From contig JBAYFZ010000001.1 of the NCBI GenBank assembly GCA_041666915.1, positions 201,086 through 265,085 on the forward strand: 64,000 bases of DNA, in the 5' to 3' direction. Under the pieces are notes generated by a model, which was not told the origin of the DNA, did no database searches, and saw nothing but the letters and a program-made list of their open reading frames with translations. This document shows, piece by piece, positions 39,282-48,445 of the stretch. The DNA comes from Minisyncoccota bacterium. Its GTDB lineage: Bacteria; Patescibacteriota; Minisyncoccia; Phycocordibacterales; PALSA-1337. Each line of letters starts with the position of its first letter. Positions within the stretch are counted from its first letter, which is position 1. Made by a program: the position numbers and the translations under genes.

Positions 39282-39338
39282 TTCTTCATTATTTCTTTAA
39301 CCTTTCTTCATCAGGATTTTAACTCATATGTGTATGCT
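39282..39338 (+). promoter_or_regulatory. 11-bp tandem repeat promoter element, copy C (4 units plus -10 TATGCT), upstream of dprA
   Basis: ttcttcattat|ttctttaacct|ttcttcatcag|gattttaactc-N7-TATGCT. Confidence 0.75.
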
Positions 39339-39373
39339 TATCTGTATTATTTCTAACCACAGGACCAATCGTC

Positions 39374-40447
39374 ATGCAAACTATCCGCATTACAAAAGAA
39401 CAATTCCCTTATCTCTTGAGACAAATTGAAAAGCCACCCGAATATTTGGATTGCGCTGGAGCTTTACCACCCGGTGAAGAATATCGATACCTTTGTGTTA
39501 TAGGTTCTAGAGAATTTAGTGAATATGGTGCAGAGGTTTGCAGACATTTAATAAATGGTTTGAAAAATTACCCCATAGTCATAGTCTCTGGTATGGCCAT
39601 AGGAATAGACTCTATTGCTCACGTATCAGCTCTAGATGCTGGGATGAAAACTATAGCTTTCCCTGGTTCAGGCCTTTCAAAAAATGTTATTTCTCCAAAT
39701 AGACATATCGCTCTTGCAAATAGGATTATAGAAACTGGTAATACCCTGCTCTCACCTTTCAAAAAAGATCAGACTGGAACAATATGGACTTTTCCTGTCC
39801 GTAATCAACTAATGGCGGGATCTTCACATGCCACTCTTATAATAGAAGGGCGTGAAGGCTCTGGAACACTCCTTACCGCTAATTATGCTCTAGAATTCAG
39901 CCGTGAAGTCCTCATTGTACCCGGTTCTATATTCTCAGATCTTTCCTATGGTCCACATAAGTTATACAAGGAAGGCGCTATTCCCGTAACTTCGTCAGAA
40001 GAAATTTTGGAAGCTTTGAAATTTGAGCTTCCAGAGAAACCGCAAAAGATTGAATTCAACAAAAAAGTAAATACGGGAGTAAATGCTGGAATAATTTTTG
40101 ACAAAGATACTATTAGTTGCAAGATTCCAGTTGACACTTATTATTCACCAGAAAATGAATATTTTTATCAAACAAAATATGAAGTAGGAAGCGAGGAAAA
40201 AGATGCGGAAGAGAATGCGACAGTTTCTAATCCAATCTCCCAACCAAATCTTTCTTCTAAAGCTTTTGAAGGGCTTTTCAAGGAGGAAATGCTTGTGATT
40301 AAGATTCTTCAATATGCACCGTGTTCAGGTTCTGATCTTGTCCAAAAGACTTCATTTAATGTGAGCCAGCTAAATATTATTTTATCAGAGCTTGAGTTAA
40401 AGGGGTTAATTAAACAAAACGGGGAGTTTTATTCAATAAGGAGATAA
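39374..40447 (+). CDS. dprA: DNA-processing protein DprA
   Basis: IGSR, VSGMAIGIDSIAH, FPVRN, SGTLLTA, VPGSI; C-terminal winged helix (LSELELKG). Confidence 0.95.
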   Translation: MQTIRITKEQFPYLLRQIEKPPEYLDCAGALPPGEEYRYLCVIGSREFSEYGAEVCRHLINGLKNYPIVIVSGMAIGIDSIAHVSALDAGMKTIAFPGSGLSKNVISPNRHIALANRIIETGNTLLSPFKKDQTGTIWTFPVRNQLMAGSSHATLIIEGREGSGTLLTANYALEFSREVLIVPGSIFSDLSYGPHKLYKEGAIPVTSSEEILEALKFELPEKPQKIEFNKKVNTGVNAGIIFDKDTISCKIPVDTYYSPENEYFYQTKYEVGSEEKDAEENATVSNPISQPNLSSKAFEGLFKEEMLVIKILQYAPCSGSDLVQKTSFNVSQLNIILSELELKGLIKQNGEFYSIRR

Positions 40448-40489
40448 AATTTTGCAAAATAATATTATCATGCAATACTTATGACACAC

Positions 40490-42847
40490 ATGAAATTACT
40501 CATTGTGGAATCCCCTTCAAAATCAAAGACCATCTCCAAATATCTTGGGGACTGTTTTGTTGTCCGTGCTTCAGTAGGACATGTTAGAGATCTACCAAAA
40601 TCTAGCAAAAAAGCTATAGATATAGAAGGTGGTTTCATTCCTCATTATGAAGTTGTAGCAAAAAAAGAAGATGTCATCGCCGACATCACCATGCAAGCCG
40701 AAAAAGCCAATGAGATCATACTCGCAACCGACCCCGACCGTGAAGGAGAAGCTATTGCTTGGCACATAGCTGAAGTCTTGAAAGACCGCCTAGGTGCAAA
40801 AATAGCAAAGAAAATGAGTCGTGTCACCTATCATGAAATCACAAAAGAAGCCGTCCTAGAGGCCCTAGAACACCCAAGAGAGATAGATCAGCACCTTCGT
40901 GAGGCTCAGGAGGCTCGTCGTGTCCTAGATCGTATTGTAGGTTACGACCTATCTGGTCTCGTCTGGAAAAAAGTTCGCTACGGACTTTCTGCTGGTCGTG
41001 TCCAATCCCCAGCTCTACGTATCATAATGGAACGCGAACGTGAGATTCGTGCTTTCAAACCAGAAACATATTGGGCTATAGCCGGACAATGGAAAACTCC
41101 TATTGGAGAAAAACTTTCTTTGACTTGCGTAGAAGAACCACGTGACAAAAAACAAGTTGACACCATCCTAGAAACTGCCAAAAAAGAAAAATGGCATATC
41201 GTAGATATAGAAGAATCTGAACAAAAGAGATCTCCTCGTGCCCCATTCATCACTTCTACTCTCCAACAAGCCGCCAGTTCACGCCTAGGATTTTCTCCTT
41301 CTAGAACTATGGGTATTGCCCAGAAACTTTATGAGTCTGGTTACATTACTTATATGCGTACAGATTCTACAAACCTAGGTAAACAAGCCTTGGAGCAAAT
41401 AGGTAAAGTTGTAGAAAAACAATACGGTAAAGACTATCTCTCATTCCGTACTTACAATGCAAAGAGTAAGAATGCCCAAGAAGCTCACGAAGCTATCCGT
41501 CCTTCTCATTTTGATAAAGAAAATGCTGGCCACAATGACGAGCAAAAGAAACTTTATCGTCTCATCTGGCAAAGAGCCGTCTCCTCACAGATGGCGGATG
41601 CTCGCATGGCACGAACAAAAATAATTGCAAATGTAAATGTTGGCACAATACCAAATTTTGAAGCCAATGGTTCAAGAGTTTTGTTTGATGGCTGGCTCAA
41701 AGCTGATCCAGAATCAAATGGTGAAGAAACGACCTTACCAAAATGTAGTAAAGATGAAAATCTAGATCTCATCTCTATAGATTCAGAAGAAAAACAGACC
41801 CAGCCACCTCCTAGATACACCGAAGCTGGCCTTATCAAAGAATTGGAAAAGCGAGGTATCGGTCGCCCCTCTACTTACGCTTCTATTTGTAAGACCATAG
41901 AAGACCGTGGTTATGTTTCCAAAGAAAATAAAGCTTTGAGACCAACCGATACTGGTGATGTTGTCTCATCATTCTTGGAAGAATATTTCCCTTCTTATAT
42001 TAGCGATTCGTTCACAGCTGAAATGGAAGATCATCTGGATGAGATTGCAAATGGAACCAGAACCTATGAAAAAACTCTTTCTGATTTCTACAAACCATTC
42101 CACAAAGAAGTTTTGTCAAAAGAAAAATTAGCAAAAGCAACCAACCTCGGTCTTTCAGATCCAAAATTCAAATGTCCAAAATGTGGTACATCACCTATGG
42201 AGATAAAATTAGGTAAGAATGGCAAATTCTTGTCTTGTACACGCTATCCAGATTGCGAGGGTGCTCTCACCTTAGATGGTACCGAATTCAAAAGTGACAC
42301 ACCTATCGGCAATGATCCTACGACCGGTTTACCTATTTACGTATTGAATGGCAGATTTGGTCCTTATGTTCAACTTGGTGCAAGGTTACCTAAAGTTAAG
42401 AAAACTAAAAAACCAAGAGTAAAGAAAATCAAAAAAGATAAATCTTCTTCAGAAGCAAAATCACCCGCAAATGATTCGTCTGCAATCTCGACTGAAACTG
42501 AAGTAACCAAGACTCCAGCCGAAATAATTAAGCCTACCGAAGAAGCACCTGCACCAGTAGCACCAAAACCAAAGATGGCTTCTATTCCAAAATACATGGA
42601 TCCTTCCAAGGTCACGGTTGCTGACGCTCTTAAATTTTTGAGTCTACCTAGAACTCTCGGCATAGATCCAAAAACAGGCAAAGATGTTGTAGCTTCGGCT
42701 GGACGTTTTGGTCCTTATATAGTTTCTGATGGCAATTACAGAACAATCAAAACTCCTGATATTGTTTACGATATTACCTTGGAGAGAGCATTGGAGATGC
42801 TTGCGGTACCAAAGATGGTGAGAGGAAAAAGGAAAATTACTAATTAA
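40490..42847 (+). CDS. topA: DNA topoisomerase I
   Basis: LLIVESPSK, ATDPDREGE, SAGRVQS, ITYMRTDS, EAHEAIRP, GIGRPSTY. Confidence 0.97.
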   Translation: MKLLIVESPSKSKTISKYLGDCFVVRASVGHVRDLPKSSKKAIDIEGGFIPHYEVVAKKEDVIADITMQAEKANEIILATDPDREGEAIAWHIAEVLKDRLGAKIAKKMSRVTYHEITKEAVLEALEHPREIDQHLREAQEARRVLDRIVGYDLSGLVWKKVRYGLSAGRVQSPALRIIMEREREIRAFKPETYWAIAGQWKTPIGEKLSLTCVEEPRDKKQVDTILETAKKEKWHIVDIEESEQKRSPRAPFITSTLQQAASSRLGFSPSRTMGIAQKLYESGYITYMRTDSTNLGKQALEQIGKVVEKQYGKDYLSFRTYNAKSKNAQEAHEAIRPSHFDKENAGHNDEQKKLYRLIWQRAVSSQMADARMARTKIIANVNVGTIPNFEANGSRVLFDGWLKADPESNGEETTLPKCSKDENLDLISIDSEEKQTQPPPRYTEAGLIKELEKRGIGRPSTYASICKTIEDRGYVSKENKALRPTDTGDVVSSFLEEYFPSYISDSFTAEMEDHLDEIANGTRTYEKTLSDFYKPFHKEVLSKEKLAKATNLGLSDPKFKCPKCGTSPMEIKLGKNGKFLSCTRYPDCEGALTLDGTEFKSDTPIGNDPTTGLPIYVLNGRFGPYVQLGARLPKVKKTKKPRVKKIKKDKSSSEAKSPANDSSAISTETEVTKTPAEIIKPTEEAPAPVAPKPKMASIPKYMDPSKVTVADALKFLSLPRTLGIDPKTGKDVVASAGRFGPYIVSDGNYRTIKTPDIVYDITLERALEMLAVPKMVRGKRKITN

Positions 42848-42876
42848 ATTACTGTTGTCATTCCCACGCCTCCTGT

Positions 42877-42990
42877 GTCATTCCCGCGAAGGCGGGAATC
42901 CATGTTTACCACAAACGGTCTCGTATTATCTTCAAATACTAAAAACATTATCTCGTAATAATCCTGGATTCCCGCCTTCGCGGGAATGAC
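42877..42990. repeat. dRS3-like REP doublet, copy 5 (partial extra arm at 42857)
   Basis: Inverted arms between convergent topA and parB. Confidence 0.95.
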
Positions 42991-42997
42991 ACAGCGA

Positions 42998-43963
42998 TTA
43001 AACCGAGAAATTTTTCAGTGAGTAAAGTTCTTCATTATCCTCTTTCTCAATCTCTTTTGCTGACCTATCATCCATAGGAATAACTGAATCCGTTGTTTCT
43101 GTCTTCGCAAGTTGACTAAATTTACCTGATTCTGATTTTATAAGTTTCTCCAATAGTCCACGTAGATCATCTGGACTAAAGAAATCAATCGTAACAGTAC
43201 CACCAGCCTTATTATTCTTTTCAATACGCACACGTGTACCCAAAGACTCGGTAAAATTCTTCTCCATTTCAATAATCTGTGGATCCAAATATTTTTCTTT
43301 GTTGCGAATCTTGTCTGTAGCAACTCTTCTAGACATAGATTCAGCTTCACGGACCGTGAGCTTATTTGCCATTATTTCTTTGAACAAAACTAGCTGTTCT
43401 TCTGGCCTATCAGCAAGCATGAGCAATGGACGAGTGTGACCTTCAGAAATCCTACCTTCTTCAAGAGCGGTGATCATCTCATCTGGCAATAACAAAATAC
43501 GCATTGAGTTGGAAACATATTCACGGCTCTTGCCCACTTTGTCTGCAATCTGAGCTTGCTTGAGTTTGAATTCTTTTGCCAAACGTTCAAAAGATCTAGC
43601 GCGGTCTACAGGATTAAGGTCTTCCCTTTGGAGATTTTCAATGATAGCCATCTCCAATTTTAGCTGAGGGTCTTCTTCACCACTTCGGATAAGTACTGGC
43701 ACCGAAGCCAATCCTGCCAACTTGGAGGCTCTCAAACGACGTTCCCCTGAAATAAGTTCATATTCTACGGTCATTCCGCCAGTTTCGTGGAAAACTTCCT
43801 TTCTGGTGACAACCAATGGTTGCAAAACACCGTACATGCGGATAGATTCTGATAAAGCTTTAAGAGCGACTTCGTCGAATTCGCGTCTTGGTTGATAAGG
43901 ATTGGGACTGATCTTCTCTACTTCAACCCAGAAGATCGCATCGCTAACATAAGGTGTTGCCAT
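42998..43963 (-). CDS. parB: ParB/Spo0J partition protein
   Basis: NPYQPRREF, GVLQPL, SGERRLRA, IENLQREDLN, HTH; start at ATG after TGTTACAAT. Confidence 0.95.
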   Translation of the reverse strand: MATPYVSDAIFWVEVEKISPNPYQPRREFDEVALKALSESIRMYGVLQPLVVTRKEVFHETGGMTVEYELISGERRLRASKLAGLASVPVLIRSGEEDPQLKLEMAIIENLQREDLNPVDRARSFERLAKEFKLKQAQIADKVGKSREYVSNSMRILLLPDEMITALEEGRISEGHTRPLLMLADRPEEQLVLFKEIMANKLTVREAESMSRRVATDKIRNKEKYLDPQIIEMEKNFTESLGTRVRIEKNNKAGGTVTIDFFSPDDLRGLLEKLIKSESGKFSQLAKTETTDSVIPMDDRSAKEIEKEDNEELYSLKNFSV

Positions 43964-44031
43964 GTATGACATTGTAACACCTTTGATTTATTTCTAAAAT
44001 ACTATAAACTGGTTCATGGTGGTATTTATAT

Positions 44032-44113
44032 GCCGGAGTGGCGAAATTGGTCTACGCGCACGACTCAAAATCGTGTGGAGAAATCCATGTGGGTTCGAGT
44101 CCCACCTCCGGCA
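44032..44113 (+). tRNA. trnL: tRNA-Leu (CAA)
   Basis: GCCGGAG/CTCCGGC acceptor stem, CACGA-CT-CAA-AA-TCGTG, long variable arm, GTTCGAGTC. Confidence 0.96.
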
Positions 44114-44121
44114 CCGTAATT

Positions 44122-44775
44122 ATGCAGTATATCCATATCAAAAAATGGGTGCCTGATTTGGCATACGTTGTCGGTCTTTTGGTAACTGATGGTTGCCTTT
44201 CTTCTGATGGACGTCATGTAATCTTCACTTCAAAAGATATTGAGGCTGTAAACAATGTCCTCAAAATTCTTGGTGCCACAAATTCAGTTGGTAAGACGAT
44301 AAACGAGAGATCTGAAGCGTATCGTATTCAAATTGGAAGCATTGAACTTTATCGCTGGTTAGAAAGTATAGGATTAACACCTCACAAATCTCTAACTATA
44401 GAATCAATCAAAGTACCAGATGAATACTTCATAGATTTTCTAAGAGGACACCTAGATGGAGATGGTTCAATCACAACTTACTTGGATAAATATAATACAA
44501 AGAAAAATAAAAAATATGTATATCAAAGACTTTGGGTACGATTTATTTCAGGAAGTCAAAAACATATAATATGGTTACGTAAACAAATTACAAAGATTAT
44601 TGGTGTCAAAGATCGTATACATATAACAAAACCTAATAATATTGGTAACTCAATTTATGTGATAAAGTTTGGAAAGAAAGAATCAATAAAATTACTTAGT
44701 AAGATATACTATTCCAATACATTACCCTGTCTGACAAGAAAACGAACAATTTACAAGAAATTTAAAAATTCATGA
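44122..44775 (+). CDS. Free-standing two-motif LAGLIDADG endonuclease-like protein
   Basis: LAYVVGLLVTDG and FLRGHLDGDGS motifs; starts 8 bp after the tRNA (the ORF-track start lies inside the tRNA); ATGA overlap with miaA. Confidence 0.88.
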   Translation: MQYIHIKKWVPDLAYVVGLLVTDGCLSSDGRHVIFTSKDIEAVNNVLKILGATNSVGKTINERSEAYRIQIGSIELYRWLESIGLTPHKSLTIESIKVPDEYFIDFLRGHLDGDGSITTYLDKYNTKKNKKYVYQRLWVRFISGSQKHIIWLRKQITKIIGVKDRIHITKPNNIGNSIYVIKFGKKESIKLLSKIYYSNTLPCLTRKRTIYKKFKNS

Positions 44776-45641
44776 AAACCAAACTGATTGTAATCCTAGG
44801 TCCTACAGCATCCGGCAAAAGTAACCTTGCTGTACAAATAGCCAAAAAAATTGGTGGCGAAGTTATTTCTGCTGATTCTAGACAAGTTTATAAAGGTTTA
44901 AATATTGGAACAGGTAAAATTACTAGTGTTGAAATGCAAGGAATTCCTCATCACCTTTTGGACGTTGCCGACCCAAAAGAAACTTTTACTGTAGCTGATT
45001 ACGTAAAATTGGCAGAAAAAGCCATCGCAGATATTACAAAGAGAAACAAAATTCCAATAATTTGTGGTGGAACTGGTTTTTATATTCAAGCTCTAGTTGA
45101 TGGCTTATCTATACCCGAAGTACCTCCAAATGAAGAATTAAGAAAGGGACTTTCAACAAAAACTATCTCTGAATTAAATAAAATCTTAGAGAGACTTGAC
45201 CCTGCAAGATTTGAAACTATTGATAAAGATAATCCTCGTAGACTTATCCGAGCTATAGAGATAGCTACAGCACTAGGTAGTGTTCCTCTTCTAGAAAAAA
45301 CATATAAATATGATACCAGATTCATAGGGATTGATATGCCGATGGATATATTGAAAGAAAGAATTCACAAAAGGTTACTTAGTCGTATCAAAAATGGAAT
45401 GATAGAAGAGATTCGCAATCTTCATGACAACGGGCTTTCGTGGGAAAGAATGGAGGATCTTGGTTTGGAATACAGATATGTTTCAAGACATCTCCAAGGA
45501 ATGATTACAGAAAAAGAAATGCTGGAACAACTGGAAATGGAAATTTGCCATTATGCCAAAAGACAAATGACGTGGTTTAAGAGAGATAAGAAGATTGAGT
45601 GGTACAAGAGTGGTGAAGAGGCGCTATTGGCTTTCAAGTAA
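44772..45641 (+). CDS. miaA: tRNA dimethylallyltransferase
   Basis: GPTASGKS, SADSRQVY, HHLLD, GGTGFY, YAKRQMTWF. Confidence 0.97.
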   Translation: MKTKLIVILGPTASGKSNLAVQIAKKIGGEVISADSRQVYKGLNIGTGKITSVEMQGIPHHLLDVADPKETFTVADYVKLAEKAIADITKRNKIPIICGGTGFYIQALVDGLSIPEVPPNEELRKGLSTKTISELNKILERLDPARFETIDKDNPRRLIRAIEIATALGSVPLLEKTYKYDTRFIGIDMPMDILKERIHKRLLSRIKNGMIEEIRNLHDNGLSWERMEDLGLEYRYVSRHLQGMITEKEMLEQLEMEICHYAKRQMTWFKRDKKIEWYKSGEEALLAFK

Positions 45642-45693
45642 ACAAAAAAGAGGAGCCGAAACTCCTCTTGTGATTCAAACGATCTAATAATTT

Positions 45694-46326
45694 TCAACCT
45701 TCTTCTGGTGTCTTTTTTGGGTCTTCTGTGTTTAGACAATAGATTACCCAGAATATCATACCCACCACCATAGCAATCATGTAGACGATAAACAATATTG
45801 GTATGTATGCAGTACCAAGAAACAATGCTGTGAAGACGCTCATTGTCAGATCTAGGACAATCACTGTTCCTAATGGTCCAATATTATTTGTAGACCATCC
45901 AGAATCTTCTTTTTCGGCAAAGTAATAACTGGTCCCAATAAAACCAAGAGTAAAAAACCAACCGGGAATAAGAAATATATCCCACAGACGACTCACGGCA
46001 AAAGGTAATTCAATATCCCACCAAATCAATTCCAAAATTGAAACTGATGGGGCACTGCCATTGATTTGAACGTACAAAACCCACCCCAAAGCGTAAACAA
46101 AAGCGAAGAAGATGATCAGGCAAGTCCTAAGACAAATCATATCGCCATAGTCATCTTTACATAACCATCGCACAATCTTCACCAATCTACCCTTAATCGA
46201 CTGCCATTTTCTTTTCAATTTTTCTCTCATAAGACTCTCCTCGTATTTTATTTGTTTTTCTTGAAAGTACGAATGCACTTTCTCTGCAGTCATATAACAC
46301 CTAAAAGAGGGTTTGGTCAAGACCAT
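45694..46326 (-). CDS. Hypothetical multi-TM membrane protein
   Basis: About four hydrophobic segments; start uncertain. Confidence 0.7.
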   Translation of the reverse strand: MVLTKPSFRCYMTAEKVHSYFQEKQIKYEESLMREKLKRKWQSIKGRLVKIVRWLCKDDYGDMICLRTCLIIFFAFVYALGWVLYVQINGSAPSVSILELIWWDIELPFAVSRLWDIFLIPGWFFTLGFIGTSYYFAEKEDSGWSTNNIGPLGTVIVLDLTMSVFTALFLGTAYIPILFIVYMIAMVVGMIFWVIYCLNTEDPKKTPEEG

Positions 46327-46332
46327 CAGATT

Positions 46333-46719
46333 CTATTGGTCAAAATCCATTTGCTCCTTTGGAATACCTTTTAATATTCCATAATCTACCACCTCCTTTA
46401 TTTTATCTTTTTCGTTTCGCTTAAATTGAAAAACCTTTCCATATTCTCCATCATCAGCACCAAAAGCTACTATAAGCTCATTCTTATCATCTTCTTTATA
46501 CCCATCCATATACCAAGGAATATTTGAGTCGTCATAATGTTTAACCATTAACTTTTGCATCTCTCCAACTTGCTCTAATGTGACTGAGACTTCATCAATA
46601 CTTATCCAAACATCTCTTTCTAAATTTTCTATAATTTTAGCTCCGAGCTTGTCCAAAACACTTTGGTCAACAAAAGCTCCCCTGACTACTCTCATTTTGT
46701 ATTTAGTTTCTAATTTCAT
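46333..46719 (-). CDS. Hypothetical protein
   Basis: 128 aa acidic ORF ending YGILKGIPKEQMDF. Confidence 0.75.
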   Translation of the reverse strand: MKLETKYKMRVVRGAFVDQSVLDKLGAKIIENLERDVWISIDEVSVTLEQVGEMQKLMVKHYDDSNIPWYMDGYKEDDKNELIVAFGADDGEYGKVFQFKRNEKDKIKEVVDYGILKGIPKEQMDFDQ

Positions 46720-46813
46720 ATCCCCAAAATTACATTGATAAATTCAATCTTTTATACAAGTCCTAATATCTCTAACTCTATCTAAAAGTAATCCCATACA
46801 GATCAACAAAATT

Positions 46814-46887
46814 TGGCGGGCCCACCAGGACTCGAACCTGGAACCTCGCTTTTGGAGAGCGATGCTTTACCATTAAACTATAGGCCC
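46814..46887 (-). tRNA. trnW: tRNA-Trp (CCA)
   Basis: GGGCCTA/TGGGCCC stem, TCGCT-CT-CCA-AA-AGCGA, encoded CCA end. Confidence 0.96.
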
Positions 46888-46894
46888 CAACACC

Positions 46895-47548
46895 TTAAAT
46901 ATAGAGCCTTATAAACTTTTTTGCAAACGCCAAAATCACTCGAGCTAAATGTGAATCAAAATATGTTACTCTGACACAACCTTTATACCCTTTCTTAGAA
47001 AACAGATGATTACTTTTCTTCATATACGGATTGGTAAATTGCACCAATGATATACCAAGAGTGTCAGACCAAAACGAAAGTATCTCTTTTCTGTTGTGAT
47101 AATCATGTAAATGTACACAAATTCTTAATTTATCTCTATTAATGTCAAAGATATTGCCAAGCATTTTTATAAAAGCACGAACCAATTCTGGATCTGAGTT
47201 AGTAAAAGATATACCTCTGCCATCTTTTGTCCCTTCGCACCAATACATCATAGAAAGAGCGACCATTGAAGTAATTTTATCTTTTTGAACATTCTCAAAT
47301 AATTTATCCGCGATAATATCAGCTTTAATTAGACGCTCTAATTTTTTCTCATGAAGTTTAGCATGTCCTTTAGCCATGTTTATTTTGGTATTTAACTTTA
47401 CACGAGCATCTCCTACAGAACTCAAAATAACATCTTTCGTCCATAAAGATGCCGTACTTTTTGAGATACCAAAACGTTTAGAAATCTCACTCAAAGAATA
47501 ACCTTGGTTGCGTAAAGTTCGTGCATCATTTTTATGAATCGTCTTCAT
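46895..47548 (-). CDS. HTH plus single LAGLIDADG-like domain protein
   Basis: LRNQGYSLSEISKRFGISKSTASLW HTH; LSMMYWCEGTK, FTNSDP, FWS; stops 7 bp before tRNA-Trp. Confidence 0.7.
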   Translation of the reverse strand: MKTIHKNDARTLRNQGYSLSEISKRFGISKSTASLWTKDVILSSVGDARVKLNTKINMAKGHAKLHEKKLERLIKADIIADKLFENVQKDKITSMVALSMMYWCEGTKDGRGISFTNSDPELVRAFIKMLGNIFDINRDKLRICVHLHDYHNRKEILSFWSDTLGISLVQFTNPYMKKSNHLFSKKGYKGCVRVTYFDSHLARVILAFAKKFIRLYI

Positions 47549-47620
47549 TCGACGATTATATCAGATATAACAAAAACGATTCTCACTCATGTAGAATCGT
47601 TTAAATTATAAAATAAAATA

Positions 47621-47776
47621 CTATTTCTTGGCTTCCTTGAAAACGACGTGCTTTCTCAATTTGGCACTGTATTTCTTGAGTTCTATCTTCTTTTCAACAG
47701 TCTTCCTGTTCTTGCGAGACCAATAAACCTCGCCAGTTAACTTGTTTTTGAGCTGTATAAGTTTGTCTTGTGACAT
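47621..47776 (-). CDS. rpmG: 50S ribosomal protein L33 (Cys-free form)
   Basis: Manual translation MSQDKLIQLKNKLTGEVYWSRKNRKTVEKKIELKKYSAKLRKHVVFKEAKK; below the ORF-track cutoff. Confidence 0.93.
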   Translation of the reverse strand: MSQDKLIQLKNKLTGEVYWSRKNRKTVEKKIELKKYSAKLRKHVVFKEAKK

Positions 47777-47874
47777 GATTGTATTACTATTTAGAACCCA
47801 TAATATATCCTATAAACGAAAAACCCGCAAGCTGCTTATGCAACTTGCGGGGTGAAACGTATCAATCAGAAGCT

Positions 47875-48294
47875 TTAATTCTTGCCGTTAACAATAGCGA
47901 CTGTAGTCGCATTATTGTTAATATTTGTTAATGGGTAGATATAAGTCGTACCGACCCACTCAACAATCTTGAGGTATCCACTATTGGAATATTCACCCTC
48001 AAAATAAAACTTCTCATTGATACGGTAAAAATTGCGAACTTCGTTCGTCTGCTGACCATTTTTATTGGTCTTATTGACAAGGACGTTCATCTCTCTTATG
48101 TCATACGGTTCCACTTTGATTGGTTTCGTAAGATACAAGAAGTTGGTATACCCGATGGCGGTTGGATTGTATCCACCTTTGGGTATAACTGGCTTAGCCA
48201 AGTTTTCTTCATTGATCTGTTCATTGGTTTGCGCACCGACGTTGGTCGTAAACAATATGACAATAATCATTAGAATCTTCGCGATTGTTTTCAT
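47875..48294 (-). CDS. Secreted hypothetical protein
   Basis: AGAAAGGA SD, signal peptide MKTIAK...VGA-Q, Asn/Thr-rich; terminator 47820-47857. Confidence 0.75.
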   Translation of the reverse strand: MKTIAKILMIIVILFTTNVGAQTNEQINEENLAKPVIPKGGYNPTAIGYTNFLYLTKPIKVEPYDIREMNVLVNKTNKNGQQTNEVRNFYRINEKFYFEGEYSNSGYLKIVEWVGTTYIYPLTNINNNATTVAIVNGKN

Positions 48295-48445
48295 TTGTTT
48301 CCTTTCTAACAATACCCTATCACACATATATCACATTTGTCAAACAGCAATGCCGTAGATTCAACTTTTTCTTTCTCAATCTTATAAAAACAAACCCCGT
48401 AAACTGCTTTCGCAATTTACGGGGGTGAAATCAAATTAGGGTTGA

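Noticed and set aside
44038-44121. N-terminal extension of the LAGLIDADG ORF, or a tRNA intron
   Set aside because: The extension is read-through of tRNA-Leu; the cloverleaf is complete and uninterrupted.
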